Shown here: positions 1 through 9,320 of the stretch, one piece after another | Layout of the letters: every line of letters begins with the position of its first letter | Numbering within the stretch: position 1 is the stretch's first letter | Assembly: GCA_004431415.1 (NCBI GenBank) | Contig: QPMI01000521.1 | Coordinates: forward strand, 1-64,000 | Length of the DNA: 64,000 nt | Direction of reading: 5' to 3' | Origin: Cyanophora paradoxa CCMP329 | Taxonomy: Eukaryota > Plantae > Glaucophyta | Notes under the pieces: model-generated | Told to the model about the DNA's origin: nothing | Databases searched by the model: none | What the model saw: the letters and a program-made list of their open reading frames with translations, nothing else | Program-made: the position numbers and the translations under genes

Positions 1-2
1 CA

Positions 3-193
3 GTCACAGGCGTCACAGTCAATTAAATAGGTGTCACACCCGATTATCTGACCATTTTCAGTAAGACCATCTGAAATTCTGAATTTCTCAGTGTCAACTA
101 ACTCGGAAATCGCAATACTCTATGTTTCTCCGATTTCTCCAACCCTGAAAACACACCTGTTATTCTCTCATCTATCTCATGAGATACTCTCGT
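3..193. repeat. Left terminal inverted repeat (visible part), reverse complement of 25365-25555
   Basis: 191-bp reverse-complement match read directly. It includes the last ~95 nt of the AdoMetDC gene. Confidence 0.9.
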
Positions 194-200
194 TTCGCCA

Positions 201-208
201 AAAATTGA
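201..208 (+). promoter_or_regulatory. AAAATTGA giant-virus-type early promoter motif
   Basis: CGCCAAAAATTGACAA just upstream of a small gene, nearly identical to CGCCAAAAAATGACAA at 6268. Confidence 0.5.
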
Positions 209-224
209 CAAACGATTTCCCATC

Positions 225-495
225 ATGCTGTAAAGGAAACATGCCGATTAACCAGCAATTCACAATTTCCATGGGACTTACATCTTGATTGTAAAAGAAC
301 TCAAGATCATTATGAGATCTTTCAAGAGATGGGATTGCGAATTACAAGGAGATCAACCTTTGTAGATTCTTGAAAAAGAATGGTGCTAAATGGGATAAGA
401 CAATTCGCCGATGGTATACAGAAGATCAAGAGTCCCCTTCTTAATATTTTCGAGACAGATGGGGATTTCAGGATCGGTTTAATCATTACCAATAG
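225..495 (+). pseudogene. Small frameshifted gene with a DUF5710-like motif
   Basis: + strand reads ...LKKNGAKWDKTIRRWY..., matching the GAKWDxxxxxWY motif of small viral proteins. Boundaries uncertain. Confidence 0.35.
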
Positions 496-1399
496 CCAAG
501 AACTCAACTGGAATGAGTTGTCAATTCCATTCATATCTACAAGATCACCATAATAATCGCGAAACTCAACTGTTAACTCTCTAATCACCAAGGTTTCGAT
601 CGGTTATTTTTATGTATTCACTGTGCTCTCCACTGTGATAAACATACTGTCCAATATCTTTACTTAATTGCAATCTGAGAATCGCCCCTTGATTCTGTGG
701 TTGAGATTGGGACAATATTGTGGTTTGTAGCAAATGGGGAGAGTTCTTTAATGTGCATGTATAAATACTGTTCTGCATTCATATCTGTCATCTTGGCTGC
801 TTCTAACTTGTAGTTTAAGCGAGATGCCTCGAATTCATATCCTGTGAATGTTATTCCCATTGGGATGGTTTGGGGTGATTGGTATTCCTGCAAATAAAGG
901 AAATTCTCGGGGCATATAAAGACCTTGCAGACTCTGGGAAATCGTATCTGTTCAATGGAAGCACCCATCACAGAACTCACCCCAAGAAGTTTACCCAATC
1001 TCTGTGTAGATGCAACCATATCGAATTGAACATTACTGTAAAACTCCAATTTGTAGGAGGTAGGTTGTAGTAGACCTTGAATGCATATGTGAGATTGTTG
1101 CTCCCAGTAAATGTGAAATTCAGACCATAATTATATGGACTGGTGACCCCGAAATGACCTTGATTTATATAACCACTTGGGAGAAGGAAGACCTGTTTGG
1201 TTTCAGAGATGCCTTGGTAGTAGAATCTGACAAGAAGGTGGTCTGTTCCAATGGAGTTATAGATGCTGTTGGGGATCTCTGCATACAAAACTCGACATTC
1301 TCTTGGTTTGGTCACTGGGGTTGTGAGTGAAACTTTGTAGGAGTTTTCTATTTGTCCATCTGATCGGTCTCTGCTATCTATATTGACCAGCCGAATCAT
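479..1399 (-). pseudogene. Minor capsid protein/penton B (frameshifted)
   Basis: N-terminal IDSRDR...AEIPNS and C-terminal LTVEFRDYYGDLVDMNG, split over four ORF-track fragments. Homologous to 58616-59571. Confidence 0.75.
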
Positions 1400-1427
1400 T
1401 TTAATATATGTTTATAGATAAAAGAAG

Positions 1428-2425
1428 ATGCCTGTGGATTACATCGAATGAGCCTTTCAATACAATTTCGGGAGATGGACCAACTTCGAGTTTTATTGCT
1501 CGCCTCCCCAGCACCTATGAATTTGTGAGAGCCAGTAAGACTGGTTTCAGCAGAATTCTATAACAGCATTCCCATGGTGAGTGGTGAAACCAAAGTAGGA
1601 GATGTGACAATAGATAATGCAATCTACCTTTATTGGTCTGAATATTATTCTGGTGCAGGAAGCACTGTATTCCAAACTGATCGACCTGCTGCCGATTATG
1701 AGCAATGGAAGCACATTGTGATAAGTCGCAGCACACCCATTCAAACCACCAACAACTGGTGAATGTAATTAACTCCAAACTTGCATGAGAGAGCCCAGTA
1801 GCAATTCGCTGTAAATGGGATGATACACTGAAACGAGTAATATTCCATTCCCACCATACCGTTTTACCTGGCTTTCTCAACTGCAATAAACCCAACCAGG
1901 CGCAGATTCAGAGGTTTTTGAGTTCTGCTCGACTGCTTGTCTTGATCCTGGGAGATATGGTAACACCCCAATCCAATCACAGTTTAAATACTCTGACTGA
2001 TGGTATCTTTACTGGGTCGATGGTGCATGGTATCATATCTTCATTTGAACCTGAAAAGACCAGGGATAGTGTTCTGTTTGTGAGAGTAAAGGAGTTGGGT
2101 GATCTGGTTCAATGTGGTGATGGTCTCCTCACTGGATATTTCCACAAAATCGTTGTTCAGATAAAGATTATGGTGAGCATGTCGTTTATAATTCGACAGA
2201 AGCCCATCGATTTATAAATACTATAACAAGAATCTGGACTTTCCACATTTTCGGTTGATATTGTGAATGCAGTTAATGAACCAATGATTTCGAGGGTCAA
2301 CCTGTCCACCTCACCTTCGAAATTCGATATGGTGATGAACCTGCTGGTGATCCTGTGTACGAATACTTTAAGAGGAGAATGCGGAAACACATCCATCTTA
2401 TCCAGTTATTGCGAATTTTGCGTAA
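1428..2425 (+). pseudogene. Minor capsid protein/penton A (heavily frameshifted)
   Basis: Fragments MPVDY, RLVSAE, YLYW, VRVKELGDLV...GYFHKI and IRYGDEP align with the intact 57632-58588 gene. Confidence 0.72.
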
Positions 2426-2479
2426 AATCAAGGATCATTGGTGAATTTTTTATGTTGCAGTATAATAAAAGAGATAATC

Positions 2480-3846
2480 ATGGATATTACTTCGACCCTC
2501 CAACGTCTTTCTCTGAAAGAAGCTCTAACAACCCCGGAGAAGCCAAGGCGTTCTTCTTGGACAACTCTCTCATGCTTGGTCTTGAATCCAAGTCGAAGCC
2601 AGTTCTTGTTGTTGTGAACCCAAGCAACACTTTCGAGAATAATGCTGGAAATCGCATTTCTTTCAAGCTCCCTCGCTACAATTCTGTGGAAAACTCGAAC
2701 TTGCGTTTGACCTTCCAGCTGTCACTTTGCTGGTGATACCGACCTTGTTCGCAATGGATACGTTCGCCCAGTTGGTGCTCTTGTCTCTCGACTTGAAATT
2801 ACCTATGGATCTTACACCTTCCATGTGCCTTCTGATTTCCTTGCTCATTTCCTCTTATCTATTACAGTGAGGATCAACTCGCAAGAAGAAGCGTTCAATG
2901 GAATGGTTCATGGTATCCTGCCCATGGAACCAACCGACTTGGTGGGTCATTTTTCACTGAAATCCCAGTCCCATGGCTAAACCACTACCTACCTCTTGGT
3001 GCTCTCTCAGGAGAAATGGTGGTAACTGTCTGGTTCAAGGATGCTGGAAAGGGTTATGTCGAGACTTCTTATGGTGGTCGTGCTCTTCCTGTTGTTGGTG
3101 GAACAGCTGCTGATAAGACAGAAGATGATGGACTTGGTGCTACTGCTAATGCTACTCTTGCCCATGTTGGTCAACAAATCACCACTTTTGGAATTGGTGC
3201 AACAACAACCCCCGAAATTAAAGTCACTTCTCCTCGTCTTTACATGCATGCTATTAATGTTTCTGATGAACTGTTTGCTACTGTCATTGAGAAGGTGAAG
3301 ACCACTGGTATGGCTATTCCTGCTCTGGATATTGGTTTTGTTGACAGTGTCAATTTTGCTGCAAAAGGCAATGCTCAACCAAATCGTATTAACCTGTCAC
3401 AGATCTCTGGTCTTGTCTATGGTCTTCTTGTTTCAGTTCGTGATGCCGCAGGTATTGATGGTTTCAATGGTTCCCACAGTGTCCTAAAAACGCATGCTAA
3501 CTCAAAAGACATTACTTTCACTGTTGAAATTAATGGTCAACGTCTCTATGCTACTGAGCCCATCCCTCTCCTCAAAGGTGCCGAATTAATTGCGGATGCC
3601 TTCAAGTGCTCAAATATGGACAAGGTTGCAGACAAATATGTCCTCAGTGGTCTACCATTCTGTGTTGATGGAGAGAAAGCGATTCGCAACATTGCCCAGT
3701 CTGGCTATGTTGATCTCACGAACTCCTCCTCTTCTTTCCTTACTCTATATATGCCTTCTGACCAGACAATCACAGTTAATGTTCGTGCTCTCATGCACAG
3801 TTTCATTATTGTTGACAAAGATGGTCTTCGTCGCATTAATCTGTAA
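2480..3846 (+). pseudogene. Major capsid protein (double jelly-roll, PLV-sized ~455 aa; 5' half frameshifted)
   Basis: Lies between penton and ATPase and is strongly similar to 56193-57580 (RINLSQISGL, ELIADxFKCSN, GLPFC, GLRxxNL). Several 1-nt deletions in 2530-2920. Confidence 0.78.
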
Positions 3847-3908
3847 AACCATTATCAGTAACAGTTTGTTATTTTTATCTATCTTTAATAAGAAAGATCT
3901 ACAAAGCC

Positions 3909-4691
3909 ATGAACGATTTAGAAGAGTTTAATGCAGGCGAAATGATAACCCCACCATTTCGTGCTCTTTTCATAGGAAAGTCTGCAACAGGCAAGTCAGA
4001 ATGTGTGAAATATTGGTTGAAACAGCTGCATGATGCGAAAAAGATTGATACTGTTCTTGTTGTGAGTGGGACGTCCTTCAATCATTTCTGGGATGCAGTT
4101 GCAACATTGCAACTCGGGAAATGGGATGCTGCTTACATTTCCAAATTACTGGATGAAAGGCAGGAGAAAATCGAAAAAGGGGAACCTGTGAATCAAATGT
4201 GTATTGTCCTTGATGATTTAATAGATAATGAGTTAGTCGATTTAACTCGCGATAAAATTGTTGGCTCTGTTTTCAATCGCGGAAGACACTCGGCAGTATC
4301 CTGTATCTGCATAACTCAGAAATTGCGTAAGGTTTCTTCAACAATTCGAGTAAATTCGGATTATGCTGTGTTCCTGAGTGCTGCTAATCGCAAAGAGCTC
4401 GAAGCAATCGAGGAGGAATACAATATCATGCGAAACAAAGACGATTTCTATAAGATGTTTGAGGAGTATGTGCACTCTTACCAATATATTGTGTGGTCTT
4501 CTGCGAATTATTCGGTGAACTATTATGTTGATAAAGCGGATCTGGTTAAAGACTTTAAGTTTCCTCGGTTCCACAGGAAGCCCAAAAAGAAAGAGGACGA
4601 ATTACCACCTCCACAGAAAGAGGAAGCCCCCAAAGAGGTCAAGAGTGGTGTTCATTCGAATAAACTGATGCGATATAAGAGAGGTTTGTAA
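3909..4691 (+). CDS. A32-like genome packaging ATPase
   Basis: Walker A GKSATGKS, Walker B IVLDD, RGRH, ITQ...IRVNSDY. Confidence 0.92.
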   Translation: MNDLEEFNAGEMITPPFRALFIGKSATGKSECVKYWLKQLHDAKKIDTVLVVSGTSFNHFWDAVATLQLGKWDAAYISKLLDERQEKIEKGEPVNQMCIVLDDLIDNELVDLTRDKIVGSVFNRGRHSAVSCICITQKLRKVSSTIRVNSDYAVFLSAANRKELEAIEEEYNIMRNKDDFYKMFEEYVHSYQYIVWSSANYSVNYYVDKADLVKDFKFPRFHRKPKKKEDELPPPQKEEAPKEVKSGVHSNKLMRYKRGL

Positions 4692-4719
4692 AATAATCTC
4701 TGCTTCTAATAAATATACA

Positions 4720-5454
4720 ATGCCTTCCAAACGCAAAGTTGGTGTTCCTGCTGGTGCTATGTCATATTCTGCATCCTCTGGAACCGGTTCTATTAACACA
4801 GATCCCATGAAATTCAATGGTGTCAATGAAGTGAAAGCATCACAGCAACAGGAGGATCCCCTTAATGCTGCTTACGAAGAATCACCAGATGATAAAGCGC
4901 CCCAAGCATCCACCAGTGATCAACTCAATATTTCGCCCGAAACCTCTAAGATGAAGGCAGTTGGTGAAGGTGCTCGTCGAATTATTGGTGCTGCTGATGA
5001 TAAAGGACTGGGTCTGCAAGATCTCTCACTGGCTCGCAAAGGTGAAGGTGTCTCCAAAGAATCAGACAAGGTAATTCAATCCATGGCTGGTGAGGTCACC
5101 TACAAGGTCGCACCTACACAGAATATTCATCGAATTCCCAAAGCCCAATGGGACGAAATGACTGCGAAACTGAAAGATCTGGAAGCGAAATCGAGTGCTC
5201 TCGAACAGTATGTCTCTGAGAAGAAAGAGAGAGCGAAATTGAAGGAGATGCTGCGAAAGGAGGTGTACAGAATGGGAATCACTGGTCTCCCAGATAAGCA
5301 ATTCATTGGTAAGAAAGAAACTCAAATCGATGAGCAGGCAGTTGATGAGATGAAGACCAAAACCCAGAAGGGCACCATTGAACCTGGTGCTACCAAATCA
5401 GAGGTCGATAAAGGTGTTGCCCCAACAGTATATAAACGACGAGTATGGCTTTAA
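4720..5454 (+). CDS. Conserved coiled-coil protein next to the ATPase (putative core/virion protein)
   Basis: KAQWDEMTAKLKDLEAKS...ERAKLKEMLR matches the element 2 gene 54727-55364 in the same syntenic position. Confidence 0.65.
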   Translation: MPSKRKVGVPAGAMSYSASSGTGSINTDPMKFNGVNEVKASQQQEDPLNAAYEESPDDKAPQASTSDQLNISPETSKMKAVGEGARRIIGAADDKGLGLQDLSLARKGEGVSKESDKVIQSMAGEVTYKVAPTQNIHRIPKAQWDEMTAKLKDLEAKSSALEQYVSEKKERAKLKEMLRKEVYRMGITGLPDKQFIGKKETQIDEQAVDEMKTKTQKGTIEPGATKSEVDKGVAPTVYKRRVWL

Positions 5455-5481
5455 TTATCTCGCATTAAGAGAGAGAGCATC

Positions 5482-5715
5482 ATGGATTTCTTGCGAAAAA
5501 TCATAGAGATGTTTAATCTCCACATTGTGAGCAATTGTCACAGTGGCTGCTGTGAAACCAAAGTCGAAATCGAGTTTTCAGATACTGAAAGCCACGGATC
5601 TGGTGGTAGGAGATTATCCACAGACTCGGTGGATTTCGAGGAGCATATTAAAACAGAGACTGTGAGGCGACGCTCTGTATCTTTCACAGATCCAAAATTA
5701 AATCTCGGTAATTAA
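5482..5715 (+). CDS. Small viral protein with SxCHSGCC motif
   Basis: Clean ORF with an AT-rich upstream motif. Function unknown. Confidence 0.5.
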   Translation: MDFLRKIIEMFNLHIVSNCHSGCCETKVEIEFSDTESHGSGGRRLSTDSVDFEEHIKTETVRRRSVSFTDPKLNLGN

Positions 5716-5826
5716 TATCGAATGCTCAGTCTCTCTGAGATCTATGCTCTCCTTGACAGGAAATCCGCTGAATATGCATCCGAAGCCGCAATAAAAAAGC
5801 GTAGACAGGAACTGGTCTCGATCTGC

Positions 5827-5840
5827 AAAAAATGACAAGG
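5827..5840 (+). promoter_or_regulatory. AAAAAATGACAAGG early-promoter-like motif
   Basis: Identical 14-mer at 6272-6285. About 76 nt upstream of ORF 5916. Confidence 0.5.
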
Positions 5841-5915
5841 GATGTAAGGGTAAGGTGTGTTTGATTGGTGAACCGGACAAATTATTTTCTCGTCCCATTA
5901 TAAGGAACATATCAA

Positions 5916-6143
5916 ATGGAAACTGAATCTGTGGTCGAATTCGAACTTGCAATGAGCGAAATGGATCCCAATGAGAGGAAAAGGTTGTATGACCGCTTGT
6001 ACTTCCAGAAACGCTATCAAGATGAGGAGTTTCGTGAATTATATCGTAAAAAGGCACTGGAACGATATTATCGCAGGAAAGCTGCTGAGATGGATCCCAA
6101 TAATCCAGTAAAACGCCCAGTTGGTCGTCCCAGGAAATACTGA
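5916..6143 (+). CDS. Small basic putative DNA-binding protein with AT-hook
   Basis: KRYQDEEFRELYRKKALERYYRRK...GRPRK. Related to 53505-53780. Confidence 0.6.
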   Translation: METESVVEFELAMSEMDPNERKRLYDRLYFQKRYQDEEFRELYRKKALERYYRRKAAEMDPNNPVKRPVGRPRKY

Positions 6144-6271
6144 ACCGCCCCCAAAGTCCCAAATATCCGCTGAATCCTTTTTGTTACCATGATCAATCGA
6201 CGTTTCGATGGATCATTACCATATATCGAGCGCCAATCGGAAAACCCAAAGGTATTTAAAGGTTAGGCGCC

Positions 6272-6285
6272 AAAAAATGACAAGG
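6272..6285 (+). promoter_or_regulatory. AAAAAATGACAAGG early-promoter-like motif
   Basis: About 53 nt upstream of the primase-helicase ATG. Confidence 0.5.
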
Positions 6286-6337
6286 ATCCGGAGAAATTAA
6301 TTTCTCCATTAAGTATAAGAAGCCCCCGATTTTCGAA

Positions 6338-8699
6338 ATGAACGCTGCCGCCAAGAAATCCCTGAAACGCCTTGTTGACTGGCTTCGTGAAGACGATGTC
6401 CTGTCTGAGAATCTCGTAATTCCTGTTGATCCTGATACCAAAAAACCCTTTTCGCTCATAAAGACGGAGCCTGGAATTGGGATAAATTCGATGAAGCCCT
6501 GAAATCCGGTAAGTATACTGCTTGGGGCATTCTCGCTCGTAATATCATGGTAATTGACTTTGACCAAGAGGAGGATTTCGCCAAATTCGAGGAGCAATTC
6601 CCTGATGATTTCGGTGGTGTCAATCCTCTTGCTAAAACCAAAAAAGGATATCATGCATTCTTCGCTCGACCTGCTGAATTCGACACCATTAAGATCTGGG
6701 ATAAAGCGGGTGCATTCAAAGGAAACCCAAGATCGATTGCAAAACAATTGCATCCACTGGGACTGCTGGGGTAATTAATGTTTGTCCCAGTCCCAACAAA
6801 ACCTGGATCAGAGAGCCATGGGCATCTGAGTGTGAGTTAAATGAACCCACTGCTGAGTTGCAAAAGTGGATTGTTGACAACTACGAATTCCCCAAAGGTG
6901 CACATTCTTATATTGTGAGGAGCATTGAGGAGAATTTGCAGAAACACATTCTTTCTAAACTCGAAGAATTCGGTTTCATCTTGCCCACAATCATCAATGA
7001 GACCAAGATGGGATACAATTTCACTGCTGAGAACAAAGGTCTGATCTGTCCCTGCTGCAAGGGAAGCCATGACTCAAACAATTGGTATATTATTCAAGGG
7101 AAGGAGAAAGACAAGTACATTGTTTCGAGTTACAGTGCAAACTGCAAGAAGCGAAGCATCACTGTTCGTGTGAAGGAAGAGACAGATGTGAAGATCGAAA
7201 ATCTGATTGATCGGTCTGCTGGATCTGATGGTGCCCATTATGATGTTGCACAGGTTGCCTATCTTGTTCTGCAAGACAAATACAAGTATTCCAACAAGAC
7301 CTGGTTCAAGTTCAATGATATATGTGGGATTTGGGAGTTGGATGAAACTGGGAAGCGAATCTTTCTCTGTTTGAGCTGCAAGGTCTGTCCAGTTTATCTT
7401 CAACGTTCTGTTCAACTCGCACAGAGAGCTCTTCGTGATGAAGAGAACCGCAATTCCTTGGAGGAAAGGTGAAAGATTCTGCTGGGAATTGCTAAGAGCC
7501 TCAAACAGACTACATACAGAACTGCACTTATGTCTGATCTTTCAGTTCTGTTCAGTGACAAGACCTTTTTCGAGAGACTTGATACTGTTCCCAACATCAT
7601 AGGATTCACAAATGGTGTATTTGACTTGAACTCCATGACTTTTCGACAGGGACTCCCAGATGATATGGTGAGCAAGACTGTTGGCTACGATTATACCACA
7701 GAAATCGACCAAGAGAAGGTTGCAAAGATTAAGTCCATCTATGCAGATATTATTGAATCGGATACAGACCGCGAATTTATGTTGGGATTAATCGCCTATG
7801 CCCTGAGTGGTTTGACAGAAAATCAGAGATACACTTGTTGGACTGGAATTGGAGCAAATGGGAAATCTCTGCTCCAAGAGTTGGTGAAAGACACATTTGG
7901 TGAATACTATGGGTCACTGGATATGACCTATTGGACGAAACCCAAGAAGAGTTCATCAGAGGCTTCCCCAGAACTCGCTTGCATCCTTGGTAAACGAATT
8001 GTTTTCAGTAATGAAGCAGAAGATGGTGATATGCTTCAACTGAACAAAATCAAACAAGTTACTGGTGGGAATGAGATGAAGGTTCGAACTCTATTCAAAG
8101 ATCTTGTAACATTCATTCCCATGTTCCAGTTGTTCTTGTCTACAAATGACAATCTGGGAATCAGTAAACCAGATGCAGCAATCCAAAGGCGAATTATCTA
8201 CTACCGATTCGAAAATGTCTTCAAGGTGGAACCTCAACCTGGTGAGAAGAAGGCAGACACCACTCTCATGCGCCTCATGAAGAATGATGATGATTATAAA
8301 ATGGCGCATATGTCCATTCTCCTGGAAATGTGGAGAACCCATTCTCTCAATACATTCGTCACCAAACCTCCCCAGTCCATTGTTGATCAAGGTATGGAGT
8401 ATTTCAATGAGAATGACAAGATTGGAGAGTGGATTCGAGAGAATTATGAACTCACCAAGAGTCAAGGCGATTTCACTACAAGTGAGTCCATCATGAGTGA
8501 CTTCAAGAGAGACCACATGGGCAAATCTGATGAGAAAATCTCAGATTGCACCATTATGAAGAGACTTCGCGAAGTCTTTAATGTGAAGTCTGACAGAAAA
8601 CGAGTGAATGGTGTACTTTGCCGTGGTTACTTTGGGATCATAAAGAAGCATGGTCGCAGATTGATGGATGACAGTGATGAGGAGGTTGGGGATGAGTAA
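6338..8699 (+). pseudogene. AEP (Prim-Pol) primase fused to a Zn finger and D5-like SF3 helicase (2 frameshifts, 1 in-frame TGA)
   Basis: Primase motifs VIDFD, TKKGYH and KIDCK...GVINVCPS; CPCCKGSH; Walker A GIGANGKS, Walker B FSNE, motif C STN, AIQRRI. TGA at 7470-7472 is in frame with ORF 7530. Confidence 0.88.
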
Positions 8700-8764
8700 A
8701 TAAAACGGAATCAATACTTATACTGTGAATTTCTAATTTTTTAAAACCCTTACTGTAAATGGTT

Positions 8765-8910
8765 TGTGTGACAGGTGTGACAGGTATTTTAATTGACTGT
8801 GACGGGTGTGACAGGTGTGACAGGTGTTTTCAGGAGTCTGAGGATTTTTAAAAAGTTTAAAAAGTTTGAAAATAGGTGTCACACCTGTCACACCCGTCAC
8901 ACCCAATTAA
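8765..8910. repeat. Palindromic TGTGACAGG iteron array around an AT-rich core (origin-like)
   Basis: 9-bp repeats in opposing orientation flanking an A/T-run spacer, right after the helicase gene. Confidence 0.75.
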
Positions 8911-8997
8911 CCACAGACTCCCCCCTGTGGGTCGATCACTTTTCCGAAGAATAATCGAAGGATATCAAAACGTATCGGAAATCGGTGTGTTGTGACA

Positions 8998-9005
8998 AAA
9001 ATTGA
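8998..9005 (+). promoter_or_regulatory. AAAATTGA giant-virus-type early promoter motif
   Basis: About 49 nt upstream of ORF 9054, which precedes pPolB. Confidence 0.55.
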
Positions 9006-9053
9006 CTGGCGATTTAAGGGATCGTTGCGTGTTTCACTTGACTAAGACAGAAA

Positions 9054-9320
9054 ATGGATTATTTCGATGAAATTCGGCGGCAGCTTGTCGAAAAGAATGA
9101 TATTGCAGAGGTGGCGGATTATATTGCAAAGATCAAAGCAATTAACGGTAGACCCTATCAAAAGAAGCGTGTTTATGCAAGCAGACTCGACACAGTAAAT
9201 GTATATGTCCCAAAGGCACGAATGTGCGAATTATCAGAACCTGAAAAATGGGAAATGCGTTTAAAATGCCCAAAAATAATATGTTCCCTTAAAGTAAAAG
9301 ATGCCCCGCCAATCCAATAG
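9054..9320 (+). CDS. Hypothetical viral protein
   Basis: ORF downstream of the early motif, overlapping the pPolB start. Confidence 0.45.
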   Translation: MDYFDEIRRQLVEKNDIAEVADYIAKIKAINGRPYQKKRVYASRLDTVNVYVPKARMCELSEPEKWEMRLKCPKIICSLKVKDAPPIQ

